This document shows, piece by piece, positions 50,489 through 62,101 of a DNA stretch of 64,000 bases (position 1 is its first letter; the number at the start of each line of letters is the position of its first letter). The notes beneath the pieces are model-generated. The model searched no databases. It had not been told where the DNA came from and worked only from the letters and a program-made list of their open reading frames with translations. The position numbers and the translations under genes are program-made. This DNA comes from Candidatus Latescibacterota bacterium (GTDB taxonomy: Bacteria > Krumholzibacteriota > Krumholzibacteriia > WVZY01): assembly GCA_963791045.1 (NCBI GenBank), contig CAWBQK010000005.1, positions 17,484 through 81,483 on the forward strand. The letters run 5' to 3'.

Positions 50489-51109
50489 CTACTCGGCCGT
50501 CCCACCGCTAAACTTTTCTACGAGATCATCGGGGTACCGGGTTCGCCGGCAGCGCTCCGACAGGATAATCGCGCGAAGCGCCGCAATCGCCTGGTCGAGT
50601 TTGTCGTTCATGACGACGAACTCGTAGTCGGGCAATGCCCGGATCTCTTCGCGTGCGTTTTCCAGACGTGTTTGTATGTCTTCCGCGGGGTCTGTGGCCC
50701 GTTCCCTGATCCGCTGCTCAAGTACTTCGAATGATGGTGGTAAAATAAATATTGTCAACGCCTCAGGAAAGCACTTTCTCACATCGCGGCCGCCCTGGAC
50801 GTCGATATTGAGGACCACGTCGAGCCCTTTTTCGAGGTTTTTTTCGACAAATCCCCGGGGGGTGCCGTAAGAGGCCTTGTGGACCGTCGCCCACTCGATC
50901 AGCTCGGTTTCTTTGAGGCCCTCGAATTCCTCCTCGGACACAAAAAAGTACGCGTCGCCCTCGATTTCGCCGGTTCGCGGCGGACGGGTCGTCGCCGACA
51001 CCGAGCGTTTGAGCATCGATATCGATTCAAGGATCCCGTCAACGAGCGTGGTTTTGCCCACGCCCGATGGGCCCGAAATCACTATCGGAAAAGCCTTTGT
51101 GTCTCTCAA
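50489..51109 (-). CDS. gmk: guanylate kinase
   Basis: SGPSGVGKTT; SATTRPPR; YGTP; IDVQG; TTG start. Confidence 0.96.
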   Translation of the reverse strand: MRDTKAFPIVISGPSGVGKTTLVDGILESISMLKRSVSATTRPPRTGEIEGDAYFFVSEEEFEGLKETELIEWATVHKASYGTPRGFVEKNLEKGLDVVLNIDVQGGRDVRKCFPEALTIFILPPSFEVLEQRIRERATDPAEDIQTRLENAREEIRALPDYEFVVMNDKLDQAIAALRAIILSERCRRTRYPDDLVEKFSGGTAE

Positions 51110-51134
51110 CCGCTTCCCCCCAACAATTGCCGGA

Positions 51135-52010
51135 TTATTCGAGGTTTTGAACCTGCTCGCGCAGCTTCTCGGTTTCCTCTTTGAGCGAAACCATGATTTC
51201 GCCCACCTTGGCGTCCGATGCTTTCGACGAAATAGTGGAAACCTCGCGGTGCATTTCCTGGAGTAGATAGGTGAGCTTCTTGGCCACCGCACCGCCTTCG
51301 TCGAGGCACTTTCCGAACTGATCGAGATGGCTGTGGAGCCGGATGATTTCCTCGGTGAAATCAAGCCGGTCCGACAGAAGCGCGATCTCGGTCATCCACC
51401 GGTCCCTGTCGATCCGCCCGCCCTCCATCATTTTCGTCACACGCTCTTTGAGCATCTTGCTGTGGGCGGCGACGACCCTTGGGGCGAGTTTTTCCGTCTT
51501 CTTGACGAGCTTGGCAAAAAGGGTGATCCGGGTCCGAACGTCCGTCTCGAGCGCCTTTCCTTCGTCCTCCCGCATCTTCACACACTGCGCAACGGCTTGC
51601 TTCATCGCCTTCTTGACGAGCGGCCAGAACACCTCGGTGTCGCTCTCGGTCTCGTGCACGCTGAACACCTCGGGCAGACCGGCGAGTGTTTTAACATCGA
51701 GGTCGGTCGCAAGTTTGTGTTTGTTCCCGAACGCCCGGAGCTGTTCCATGTACTGTTCCATCAATTCGATGTTCATGCTCACATTGTATCTGGGTCCTTC
51801 GGTCTCCGCGGTGATCGACACCGACACCCGCCCGCGCGCCATGTGAGCTTTGAGAATTTCTTTGATCTCGGGCTCGCGCGACAGAAGCGCCTTGGGCAGC
51901 TTTAGGGAAACGTCGAGGAAGCGGTGGTTGACAGTACGAATCTCCACTGATACTTTTGCGGTTCGATTGGAGACTTCCGCCTGGCCAAACCCTGTCATAC
52001 TGACGAGCAT
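51135..52010 (-). CDS. YicC/YloC-family endoribonuclease
   Basis: SMTGFG; RTVNHRFLD; EEIIRLHSH; KLREQVQNLE. Confidence 0.95.
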   Translation of the reverse strand: MLVSMTGFGQAEVSNRTAKVSVEIRTVNHRFLDVSLKLPKALLSREPEIKEILKAHMARGRVSVSITAETEGPRYNVSMNIELMEQYMEQLRAFGNKHKLATDLDVKTLAGLPEVFSVHETESDTEVFWPLVKKAMKQAVAQCVKMREDEGKALETDVRTRITLFAKLVKKTEKLAPRVVAAHSKMLKERVTKMMEGGRIDRDRWMTEIALLSDRLDFTEEIIRLHSHLDQFGKCLDEGGAVAKKLTYLLQEMHREVSTISSKASDAKVGEIMVSLKEETEKLREQVQNLE

Positions 52011-52053
52011 TACTTTCGCTCCTTATAAAAAGATCTAGTGTTCGAGACGCCAT

Positions 52054-52082
52054 ATATTAAGTTGACTCGGCCTGTCTGTCAA
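52054..52082 (-). promoter_or_regulatory. sigma70 promoter of yicC operon (overlaps a possible divergent promoter)
   Basis: TTGACA-17bp-TAATAT on minus; TTGACT...TAAATC on plus. Confidence 0.6.
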
Positions 52083-52139
52083 TGGTAAATCCTAAAATCA
52101 TAAGGACTTAATACTTTTTGCCCGTTGGCGAGTTCGTCT

Positions 52140-53651
52140 ATGAACCATTTGCTCCTCTACCTTTTCGTCCAATCGATCGCCTCCCGGATTGCCGGGCGGC
52201 GGATTGGCGGCGTGCGTCTGCTCCAGCCCGTTCTCTCGATTGAGCTTGCCGGCGGGGGGCCGCCGGACTATCTGGTCGTAATCCTCTCCTCCCCCGGGCC
52301 CTTCTGTTTTTTGGAAAGCAATGACCCGCTTGCCGGTATCGGCGCCGAAGCGTTCAAGAGGATCGTGGGCCTCCAGGTCGGCCGAGTCCCGGGGGCGGCC
52401 GACGACCGCATCCTGCGTATGGATCTCACCGGCGGCCGGGAACCCGACTCACTCGCGATTTATCTTTTTGGAAGCACCGCGAAGGTCCGTGTCGAACGGG
52501 GCGAGGCCATCATCGAATCGCTCGACATACGAGAAACCGGTCAGGCGCTCCGCCCGGGACGTGCCCCCGGCGCGCCCGTCTTCACCGTGGACGGAAGCGC
52601 TATCGAGAACGACGCCTTGAGGGAATTTCACGAGGGGCTCATCGATGGACGCGTGCCCTTCGGGCTCGCCGCCGCGAAAAGAGTCGGCGGGGCCGCTCCC
52701 GTTCCCGCTGTTGCCGGCGATTTCATGTTCGGACCATTCGATGATGCCACGACCGCGTGCCGTGAAGTAGGGGCGGCGATTGTCGCATCCCTCTACGACG
52801 ACATTGTCGCCCACGCGACGGCAACCTTGAGAAAGCATCTCGCGGCCCGGGAGCAGCTTCTCGTCAAACTCGAAGGGGAACGCGAGGGAGCCGAATCCTT
52901 CGAGGATCTCCGGAACCAGGCCAACACGCTCGCTGCGTATCAATCGCAGATTGCGCCCGGGGCATCCGAGGCGACTCTCCCGGCCCTTTACGGGGACGGC
53001 GCCGAGGTCGTGATCGAACTTGATCCGGCGCACTCTATCCGCGAACAGATCGACAAACGTTTCAAGCGGGCGGCAAAGCTCGAAAGAAGCCGCGAGGCGC
53101 TCGACAACCGGATACATTCAATCGCGACCGAGATCGCCGGACTCAGCGCCGACATGGCCACAATCGATGAACAGACGACACTGCGCGGGGCCGTCGAGTC
53201 CGCCGAACGGGCCGAGCGGAAGTATGACTTCGGGGCGCGAAAACGCCGGACGGTGAAACGCGTCCAGCAGGTCAAAGAGTATCGGCGGTTTGACCTCGAC
53301 GATCAGTGGTTCGCGCTCGTCGGACGTAACGACCGCGAGAACGATGAAATCACATTCAGGGTCGCCGCGCCGGACGATCTCTGGCTCCACGCCCAACAGA
53401 TGCCCGGTTCCCACGTCGTCCTCAAATCCCACGGCTCGCCGGGAAATCCCCCCGACGCGATTCTCGAGAAGGCCGCGGCGATCGCCGCGCACTTTTCGAA
53501 AGCCCGGCACGCTTCTCTCGTCCCCGTCATTTATACCCGCCGGAAATATGTCCGCAAATTCAGAGGCTCGAAGCCCGGGCAGGTGCTGTGCGAGCGGGAG
53601 AAAACCGTCTTCGCCGTCCCCGGCCTTCCCGACTCACCCAAGAAAAACTAG
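52140..53651 (+). CDS. NFACT / RqcH (FbpA)-like ribosome quality-control protein
   Basis: DRIL, coiled coil, VGRNDRENDEIT, DLWLHA..PGSHV, KYVRK..KPGQV. Confidence 0.88.
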   Translation: MNHLLLYLFVQSIASRIAGRRIGGVRLLQPVLSIELAGGGPPDYLVVILSSPGPFCFLESNDPLAGIGAEAFKRIVGLQVGRVPGAADDRILRMDLTGGREPDSLAIYLFGSTAKVRVERGEAIIESLDIRETGQALRPGRAPGAPVFTVDGSAIENDALREFHEGLIDGRVPFGLAAAKRVGGAAPVPAVAGDFMFGPFDDATTACREVGAAIVASLYDDIVAHATATLRKHLAAREQLLVKLEGEREGAESFEDLRNQANTLAAYQSQIAPGASEATLPALYGDGAEVVIELDPAHSIREQIDKRFKRAAKLERSREALDNRIHSIATEIAGLSADMATIDEQTTLRGAVESAERAERKYDFGARKRRTVKRVQQVKEYRRFDLDDQWFALVGRNDRENDEITFRVAAPDDLWLHAQQMPGSHVVLKSHGSPGNPPDAILEKAAAIAAHFSKARHASLVPVIYTRRKYVRKFRGSKPGQVLCEREKTVFAVPGLPDSPKKN

Positions 53652-53699
53652 TTCCGGGCCGTCGCGGGCGCCGGCGCCGCGGCTAAACACTTCGGGGCA

Positions 53700-53730
53700 C
53701 AAAAAAGAACCGCCCCTGTTGGGGCGGTCC
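53700..53730 (-). terminator. intrinsic terminator (minus strand)
   Basis: GGACCGCCCC-AACA-GGGGCGGTTC-TTTTTT. Confidence 0.85.
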
Positions 53731-54040
53731 AGCAATCCGATTCCCGGTCAGAGACTCGGCGGACACAAGAAGAGGCACGCTGCAACCCGCGCCCCTTCTC
53801 GTGTCAAGGAGGGCAATACACCAGCGGAATCAAGCTAAGGGCAAGGGCTATGATTCACTGGCCTGACGAGCCACTCAGGGGAAGGCGTCAAACACACGGG
53901 GTGCCTGATGACCTATTCGATAGAGCCTTGGCGTAGCCAGATGCATTACCCCCTCTTTGCCACCGAGTGTTCCCTCTTCCTGTGATCCGAAAACTCTCGG
54001 AGCACATACCACTCCAGGGCAAAGCCCAGGGAATGACAAT
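53700..54040 (-). ncRNA. putative sigma54-dependent structured small RNA (or small-peptide mRNA)
   Basis: Bounded by -24/-12 promoter and terminator; 18-bp stem with three G-U pairs at 53762-53805; only 23-39 codon ORFs inside. Confidence 0.5.
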
Positions 54041-54050
54041 CCCTGTACGC

Positions 54051-54066
54051 GCAACTATTATGCCAA
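54051..54066 (-). promoter_or_regulatory. sigma54 (-24/-12) promoter
   Basis: TTGGCATAATAGTTGC matches TGGCA-N6-TTGC spacing. Confidence 0.75.
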
Positions 54067-54090
54067 AAGGGGCGCCTGGTGGCGCCCCTT
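54065..54090 (-). terminator. hairpin/terminator after the 126-aa secreted protein gene
   Basis: AAGGGGCGCC-ACCA-GGCGCCCCTT-TT. Confidence 0.6.
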
Positions 54091-54174
54091 CGGTACTACA
54101 AAACTCTGTAGAAATTAAGCTTAGCAACTGCTGCTAAAAACGGACCGAGAAAATCAGGGGAAACCTCTCGGAGC

Positions 54175-54193
54175 GCGTAAAATAATTTTACGC
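54175..54193. promoter_or_regulatory. palindromic candidate upstream activator site
   Basis: GCGTAAAAT-A-ATTTTACGC perfect 9-1-9, ~140 bp upstream of predicted sigma54 TSS. Confidence 0.55.
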
Positions 54194-54206
54194 TTGTTAA
54201 TAATTC

Positions 54207-54587
54207 TTACTTCTCGGTGAATCCACCTTCGGTCAGCACGATCCCTGTCCACTCTTCGGCCGGCGGATCTCCCTCATAAATGATCTCGTCTCCTTCTTCC
54301 CAATAGATCTGGAGAGTCTGACCGGGAGCGGGCGACACGCCGGTTCGATGAGACGGGCCCGTTTTTACGGTGATTTTGATCTCGGTCCAGCTGATCGTCT
54401 CAAACTTAACCGACAGCTTGACCGGTGTCGTGATTACGAAGGTCTGCCCCGCGTAGTCGACGTTCATCACACCGGGAAATACGGCAACCGTTTTTGGTAC
54501 AGGTAGTTGCTGAGCTGTGAGGATGCCTGGAAGAACCAGGGCTACCACCAGAAGCAAGGCAAGCATATTTCTAGAAACAGGTCTCAT
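54207..54587 (-). CDS. hypothetical secreted protein
   Basis: Strong SD (GAGGGGG), Sec signal peptide (LTA|QQ), beta-rich mature region. Confidence 0.75.
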   Translation of the reverse strand: MRPVSRNMLALLLVVALVLPGILTAQQLPVPKTVAVFPGVMNVDYAGQTFVITTPVKLSVKFETISWTEIKITVKTGPSHRTGVSPAPGQTLQIYWEEGDEIIYEGDPPAEEWTGIVLTEGGFTEK

Positions 54588-54798
54588 TGCTTCCCCCTCT
54601 CAGCTGAAGGGTAGCCGAGCGCCATGGTCGGCAAGTCTCGGGTTTCCATTTCGTACAGCGAGAGTGCTACTGCCCAACGCAAATGACTAGCTCGAATTGT
54701 CCGAAGCTAATATAGCACAATGTCAGGCTTGCGTGAACCCGTAATTTCGCCCGCCGGAAGGGCGATCAACCGAGATTGTCGGCGGCGCGTGCCCGTGG

Positions 54799-56691
54799 TT
54801 ATCCAAGAAAATCGTCGAAACGGGGGCCCTTGCGACGGACATTTCCGTCGCGGACGGTGGCTTTCGCTTGGTCCAGGTGCTCGAGCAGCGGGATGGCGTG
54901 CTTGCGGGTGATCCCGAACATGTCTTTGAAATCACCCACCGTGAGATCGGAATTGTTTTCATACCAAGCGGTTAACTTTTCTAGGCACGAGACGAGAACA
55001 TCATGATGGACGTAGCCCTCGCCCCCGATTTTGACGATTCTGCGGTCTTCGATCAGAAGACCCAGCGCGTCGGAAAGAGCGCTCTTTGCCCGCCAGGCCC
55101 GTTCGAGCTCGGCCGGTTTTGAAAAAAGCAGCCCCAGTTTTTTTATCTCGATCTCGAGGTTTTTCAGATCCGCGGCCGCGTCTTCGGGGAGTGCGACGTC
55201 TTTCGAACCCGTTCTCACGCGGTTGTCCTTTATGAAAACGGGGCGTGACCTGGCGATGGTATCGAGGACGCTGTTAAAGAGCGGAGTTGTTTGTGGGAAC
55301 CGGACTTTTTGTTTGAGTTCCTCTTTGTCGATCCCGTATCTCAACGGGTGCTTTTTGACATACTCGGAGGCAAGCGATTCGACGCTGCCCGCCAGGTCCG
55401 CGAGAACCCTCGCGTGAAAAAGAACTCCGTCGACGACGGCAATGCGTTCATCGTCGACAAGCGCCTGGACGATGTCGGCTTCCTGGCCTTTTTTGTTCAA
55501 GCCGCGCAGGCCCGCCGCTTCGACCGCCTGGAGAAGCTGATCTTTGGGATCGCCTTTTTCGAGAAGCCGGAGGCGCTCGATGACCGCCGCGTCCCGCCGC
55601 CGGTGACGTTTCGCGGCGGGGTCAATGATGCGGCCGCCGCCGAGCACCATCGTCGGAGAATATTTTCTAACGACAAAGAAATCGCCGCGGCTGCCGACGA
55701 TAGGCGCTTCGAGTTGAAGCTGGACAAAAGCGTTCTCGCCCGAGCGCAGTTCGCTGCTCTCGAGGAGCTGGACCCGGCCCATGACTTCCCGCGCGCCGTG
55801 ATGGATGCGGACACGCTCGCGGTGTTTGACTTCGAACGCCGCGTAGTCAGCAACGTGCATGCGCGCGTCGAAAAGATAACTGACAATAAATGCCGACGGA
55901 GTGACGAGCATGTCGCCGCGCGAGACTCCGTCAAGTTTGGCGCCCTGGAGCGCTATGGCGAGCCGCTCGCCCGCGTAGCCTTCGTTGCGCTTTCCGCCAA
56001 AACTCTGAACTTCGCGGACACGCACGGACTTCTTTGCGGGAAGCAGTTCGAGGGAGTCGCCGACGGTGACGGTCCCTGAATACCCGCTTCCCGTTACGAC
56101 CACGCCGATTCCCTGTATGTGAAACACGCGATCGACGGCGAGACGAAAGGGCCCGGTGGTGTCGCGCTCTTTGACCTCGAGCGCGAGCGCAAGGAGTGTC
56201 TTTTTGAGTTCTTCAATTCCGTCGCCGGTTTTGGCGGACGTTTCAACGATGGGAGCGCCATCGAGAAAGGTGCCCTTAACAAGATCTACTGCTTCATCTT
56301 TGACAATCTCGATCATGTCTTCGCTGGCAATATCTGTTTTTGTAACGGCGATGATACCGGACGCGATATCGAGCGAGGCGAGGACTTCGAGGTGTTCTTT
56401 GGTTTGCGGCATGACACCCTCGTCCGCGGCGATAACGAGCATGGCGAGATCGATACCGCCGGCGCCGGCGACCATGTGTTTGACGAACTTCTCGTGGCCG
56501 GGAACGTCGACGACACCGATCATGGTGCCATCGTCGAGATTCAATGGCGCGAACCCGAGCTCGATGGAGATACCGCGCTCTTTTTCTTCTTTGAGCCGAT
56601 CGGTATCCACACCGGTCAATCGACCGACGAGCTCCGTCTTGCCATGATCCACATGACCGGCAGTCCCAAGTATCAATCGTCGTTTTGGCAT
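54799..56691 (-). CDS. selB: selenocysteine-specific elongation factor SelB
   Basis: [36 protein letters not shown]-terminal winged helix ITRKHAIPLLEHLD. Confidence 0.96.
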   Translation of the reverse strand: MPKRRLILGTAGHVDHGKTELVGRLTGVDTDRLKEEKERGISIELGFAPLNLDDGTMIGVVDVPGHEKFVKHMVAGAGGIDLAMLVIAADEGVMPQTKEHLEVLASLDIASGIIAVTKTDIASEDMIEIVKDEAVDLVKGTFLDGAPIVETSAKTGDGIEELKKTLLALALEVKERDTTGPFRLAVDRVFHIQGIGVVVTGSGYSGTVTVGDSLELLPAKKSVRVREVQSFGGKRNEGYAGERLAIALQGAKLDGVSRGDMLVTPSAFIVSYLFDARMHVADYAAFEVKHRERVRIHHGAREVMGRVQLLESSELRSGENAFVQLQLEAPIVGSRGDFFVVRKYSPTMVLGGGRIIDPAAKRHRRRDAAVIERLRLLEKGDPKDQLLQAVEAAGLRGLNKKGQEADIVQALVDDERIAVVDGVLFHARVLADLAGSVESLASEYVKKHPLRYGIDKEELKQKVRFPQTTPLFNSVLDTIARSRPVFIKDNRVRTGSKDVALPEDAAADLKNLEIEIKKLGLLFSKPAELERAWRAKSALSDALGLLIEDRRIVKIGGEGYVHHDVLVSCLEKLTAWYENNSDLTVGDFKDMFGITRKHAIPLLEHLDQAKATVRDGNVRRKGPRFDDFLG

Positions 56692-56752
56692 TTTTCTTTC
56701 TGATCGAGGCGCGGGTGGCGGCGCAGGTTCATTATCGAGACGGTTTGTCTTA

Positions 56753-57002
56753 CTCTGGCCCTCGCTCCGCTGGCACGGCACGGGTCCTGTCATCGGTCAC
56801 CCGGAGCGAAGCGACGTGTGGGATGCTTGGCTCAGAAGTTTCAACAACCCTTACCGTGAACGGCCACCCGCGCCTACTCACATAGAGGGCGGTGCGGTCT
56901 TTCGAAAGGCCCTTTCGCGGGAGCGAGCGAGAATCCACCGTCGGCGCAGCCGGCGGTTAGTCGAGCGAAGCGGAGCGAGGGCCAGAGAAAGATCGCACCG
57001 CT
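56753..57002. repeat. intergenic palindromic repeat, copy 1 (murA-selB)
   Basis: Shares 27-bp and ~120-bp blocks with 59318-59627; 19-bp IR 56753-56771/56969-56987. Confidence 0.85.
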
Positions 57003-57013
57003 CCCACCAAAGA

Positions 57014-58268
<1,255 letters not shown>

Positions 58269-58399
58269 TGTCTGATCCCCGATCGGTGATCGAAGTTGGG
58301 GTTGTCGGATGTCGCGAATCCCACCAGGCCGGAATGCCGGCCCCACCAGTTTCGTACACATATACTAAGGAATTTCGCCCCCACCTTCGAGGGGAAAAC

Positions 58400-59283
58400 T
58401 CAAACTCGCCGCGCTGTAACGACACGATCGAGTTCTTTATAGTCGCGGTGGGTCTCAATCCGGTCAAAAGCGGACTCCGCAAGAATCGCCTCAACCGCCT
58501 TGCCCTGCGTGTCGCCGATTTCGAACGCGACCACGGCCCCGAGTGTGAGAATCCGCGGGATGAGCGGTACAACCTCGGCGTAAAAATCGAGGCCCTCCTC
58601 ACCGGCCTCGAGACTCCGGCGTGGCTCGTGGTCTTTCACCTCGGGCGGGAGCCCCGGCATATCGCCGGACCGAATGTACGGCGGGTTGCATACAAGAATG
58701 TCGAACCGCTCCTTTGTCTCACGAACAAAATCGCCCGCATCGGAAAGGACGACCCGCATTTTGTCCGCAATCTGGTTGGCCGCCGCGTTTTCTTGTGAAA
58801 GCAAAACAGCGCCCTCGTCGATGTCAACCGCGATCCCGTCAACCGACCCAAGCCGCCGCACCAGCGATATCCCGATGACACCGGATCCGCAGCAAAGATC
58901 GAGAAGCTTCCCCGTCTTCGCCCCTGCATCCTCGCCTCCGAATGGCATCATTGAGCGAACCAGTTCTTCGACCTTCTCAACAAGAATTTCGGTATCTGGC
59001 CGCGGGATAAAAACGCCCGGCTTCGCAACAAAGGAAAGCGACATAAAATCAGTTGTACCAAGGATATACTGAAGTGGCTCGCGCTCTCCCCTGCGGCGGA
59101 CAAGCGCTTCGAACGCATCGCGAACATCGCGATCGAGAACTTTGAATGGAGTGAGATAGAGGTCGGGCGCGCGGCACCCAAGAACGTGCGCGAGAAGCCA
59201 CTCGGCATTGCGTCTCGCATTCGGAACACCGTGCGAGACGAGATACGCCTCGGCATCCCTCACAACCCCGGCACGTCTGTCAT
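58400..59283 (-). CDS. prmC: release-factor glutamine methyltransferase (probable indel near N-terminus)
   Basis: EPLQYILG; IPRPDTE; LDLCCGSG; NPPY. Confidence 0.93.
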
Positions 59284-59317
59284 ATCAGCAAGCATGTGGG
59301 TCTTTTCTCGTTTGGCC

Positions 59318-59627
59318 CGGCACGGGTCCTGTCATCGGTCACCCCAGGCGTGCTCGCTTACGCTTCGTGCGGTTGGCCATTCGCCGACAAGATCAATTTG
59401 CACGGCCCCTGCAGATGCGCCTGTAGGAGCGCTGAGGTAGCTCCCGCACTCCGCGACGCTGCGCCGCCTCGGGGGCCCCACCGATGCCACCCGTGCCTAC
59501 TCTTTAAGAGGTCGGAGCGGTCTTTCGAAAGGCCCTTCCGCGGGAGCGAGCGAGAATCCACCGTCGGCGCAGCCGGCGGTTAGTCGAGCGAAGCGGAGCG
59601 AGGGCCTTACGAAAGACTGCGCCGACC
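59318..59627. repeat. intergenic palindromic repeat, copy 2 (prfA-prmC)
   Basis: CGGCACGGGTCCTGTCATCGGTCACCC and ...GCGGTCTTTCGAAAGGCCC...GAGCGAAGCGGAGCGAGGGCC shared with copy 1. Confidence 0.85.
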
Positions 59628-59630
59628 ACC

Positions 59631-60692
59631 TCACCCGTTGATCTTTTCGACGACGGCGGCACGGGCAAGCGCTTCGATAAGCTCGTTCAAGTCGCCATCG
59701 AGGATTTCGTTCAATCGGTGGAGTGTCAGGCTGATCCGGTGATCCGTCACGCGCTGCTGCGGGAAGTTGTACGTTCGTATCTTCGCGCTTCGATCCCCCG
59801 AGCCGATCTGTATCTTGCGTTCTTTTGAGAGCTTTTCTTCCTGCTCCTTCTGCGCCGCCTCGAGCAACCGAGCGCGCAGTACCTTAAGCGCCTTGTCCTT
59901 GTTCTTGTGCTGGGACTTTTCATCCTGGCACGTCACAACGAGCCCCGTGGGAATATGCGTGACCCTCACCGCGCTGTCGGTGGTATTCACACTCTGGCCG
60001 CCGGGGCCGCTCGCGCGGAATACATCGATGCGCAGCTCGTTCGGATCGACCTGGATATCGACGGCGTCGGCCTCCGGGAGAACCGCCACCGACACGGCCG
60101 ACGTATGAATCCGCCCGCTCGACTCTGTCACCGGCACACGCTGAACGCGGTGAACACCGCTCTCGTATTTCAACGTACCAAAGGCGGCCGGCCCTTCGAC
60201 CAGAAAAATGATTTCTTTGAACCCGCCGATGCCCGTCGGGTTGCTCGACAAAACTTCGATCTTCCAGTTCTTTTCTTCCGCGAAACGTGTGTACATTCTC
60301 ACCAGATCGGCCACGAAGAGGTTGGCTTCGTCGCCACCGGTCCCCGCGCGGATCTCGAGAATCGTGTTTTTCGAATCACTCGGATCTTTGGGAACGAGTA
60401 GCAACTTGAACTTTTGCTCGAGTTCGTCGCGCTCGGGCTTGAGTTCCTCGACTTCGAGCTTGGCCATCTCCACGAGTTCCGCGTCCTCCCCCGCTTTGAT
60501 CACCGCCGTGTCATCTTCGATGGTTCGATAAACTTCACCCAGGCGTTCGGCGACTTCGACAAGCTTTTCCAGGTCGGAACGTTCCTTGGCAAGCGTCTGG
60601 TACCTTTTCGGGTCCGAAAAAATGGCCTCGTCGGTCAGCTGTTTGTTGATTTCTTCAAATTTTGACAGAATCTGGTCTATCTGGTCTTGCAT
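59631..60692 (-). CDS. prfA: peptide chain release factor 1
   Basis: [12 protein letters not shown] (PxT motif), GPGGQSVN. Confidence 0.97.
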   Translation of the reverse strand: MQDQIDQILSKFEEINKQLTDEAIFSDPKRYQTLAKERSDLEKLVEVAERLGEVYRTIEDDTAVIKAGEDAELVEMAKLEVEELKPERDELEQKFKLLLVPKDPSDSKNTILEIRAGTGGDEANLFVADLVRMYTRFAEEKNWKIEVLSSNPTGIGGFKEIIFLVEGPAAFGTLKYESGVHRVQRVPVTESSGRIHTSAVSVAVLPEADAVDIQVDPNELRIDVFRASGPGGQSVNTTDSAVRVTHIPTGLVVTCQDEKSQHKNKDKALKVLRARLLEAAQKEQEEKLSKERKIQIGSGDRSAKIRTYNFPQQRVTDHRISLTLHRLNEILDGDLNELIEALARAAVVEKING

Positions 60693-60726
60693 GAATGACC
60701 TACCTGTGGCGTTGAGTGAACGCCAG

Positions 60727-61635
60727 CTAATTTGTTGGCAGTTGGAGTTTGACCGCCTGGCGGTCAAGACATGCCTCGAGCGCGGCAATAGCCACTTCGA
60801 GCATATCATTGGTGGGTGGTTTGGTCGTGATCCGCTGCAGCGCCAGGCCCGGCCAGATCGCCGGCTTGAAAACCTTGGCAAAACCCCTTCGCGCCGACAA
60901 CTTGATGAACTCGAACGAGATTCCGCCAATCAAGGGAATCATGGCGAAGCGAAGAAACCGGTCGCCCCAGGTCTCCGGTTTGCCGAGAAAAACAAACACG
61001 ACGATGCTCACGAGCATCACTACGATGAGAAAGCTCGTTCCGCAGCGAGGGTGAAATGTCGAGTACTTCTGGACGTTCTCGGGTGTGAGATCATCACCGG
61101 ATTCGAAGGCGTAAATCGTCTTGTGCTCGGCCCCGTGGTACTGGAAAACCCGGCGCATTTCCTTCCACCGCGAAATCGCATAGATGTAAGCAAGAAAAAA
61201 CACCAGTCGGAACACGCCGTCAATGAGATTAAAAAGGATCCCGTTGTCCACACCAAGAAGTTCGGTGAGCAAGAGCGGCAGATAGAAAAAAAGCAAAAAT
61301 CCAAGTCCGAGCGCCATAACGATCGAGCCGGCAAGCGCCAGAGACGTGCCGAGTTTGTTCGGCTTTTTCTGGGGTTGTTCGTCCTCGACCGCCTGCGATG
61401 CGGAATAGGTGAGCGACTGGATGCCGATATAGAGTGTTTCCACCAGCATGAACGCTCCGCGGATAATCGGGACGTTGAGGATCTTCACCCGGCGGACAAA
61501 GCTTTTGAAGGGGGTCTTCTGGATGACGATCCGGCCCTGTGGCGTACGCACAGCAGTGGCGTAATGCGTCGGAGAACGCATCATGACGCCTTCGATTACC
61601 GCCTGGCCACCGATGCTGGATCGATTACTGGACAT
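60727..61635 (-). CDS. DUF1385 (YqhQ-like) membrane protein
   Basis: [28 protein letters not shown]. Confidence 0.93.
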   Translation of the reverse strand: MSSNRSSIGGQAVIEGVMMRSPTHYATAVRTPQGRIVIQKTPFKSFVRRVKILNVPIIRGAFMLVETLYIGIQSLTYSASQAVEDEQPQKKPNKLGTSLALAGSIVMALGLGFLLFFYLPLLLTELLGVDNGILFNLIDGVFRLVFFLAYIYAISRWKEMRRVFQYHGAEHKTIYAFESGDDLTPENVQKYSTFHPRCGTSFLIVVMLVSIVVFVFLGKPETWGDRFLRFAMIPLIGGISFEFIKLSARRGFAKVFKPAIWPGLALQRITTKPPTNDMLEVAIAALEACLDRQAVKLQLPTN

Positions 61636-61662
61636 AATTCAGGGGAATGCTCGAGTACCTGA

Positions 61663-61872
61663 TTAGTCTGTATCTTTATAATTGTACTTGTTCCGGAATC
61701 TTTCAACCCGACCCGTGGAGTCGACGAGCTTCTGCTTACCCGTGAAGAACGGATGACAGCTCGAGCAGATTTCGACGTGGAGGTCATCGACCGTGGCACG
61801 TGTCTCAATCACGTTTCCACAGTGACAAGTAATTTTTGTCGCCTTGTAGTCCGGATGTGTCTTCTTCTTCAT
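61663..61872 (-). CDS. rpmE: 50S ribosomal protein L31 (zinc-binding)
   Basis: [18 protein letters not shown]. Confidence 0.97.
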   Translation of the reverse strand: MKKKTHPDYKATKITCHCGNVIETRATVDDLHVEICSSCHPFFTGKQKLVDSTGRVERFRNKYNYKDTD

Positions 61873-61978
61873 GTCGCCTTCCTCTTTTCGCCGGGCTCCG
61901 TCCCATCATCCCTCGCACACAAAATCGGTGAGGTTCATTGGGGAGTCCACAGCGATCGGTCTTTCGATTAACCGAGCA

Positions 61979-62011
61979 AGTATAATGAGTTATTGCCCTG
62001 GAAGCAATAAC
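61979..62011 (-). promoter_or_regulatory. sigma70 promoter of rpmE with overlapping 8-7-8 inverted repeat
   Basis: TTGCTT-17bp-TATACT; GTTATTGC-N7-GCAATAAC at 61989-62011. Confidence 0.6.
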
Positions 62012-62101
62012 CTTTTTGTCCACCGCCGGTTCGGGGCGTCAGCGCCTTCCCCCCTCGGATTCAGGGCCAAAGCGCCCCGGTTCGGGGCGTAAACGACCCG
62101 G

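Noticed and set aside
53888-54127. 79-aa ORF as a gene
   Set aside because: Its start lies upstream of the terminator-like hairpin and sigma54 promoter, and the sequence is not protein-like; only the shorter internal ORFs remain possible
53700-54200. tRNA-Sec (selC) near selB
   Set aside because: No UCA anticodon arm, T-loop or CCA end found
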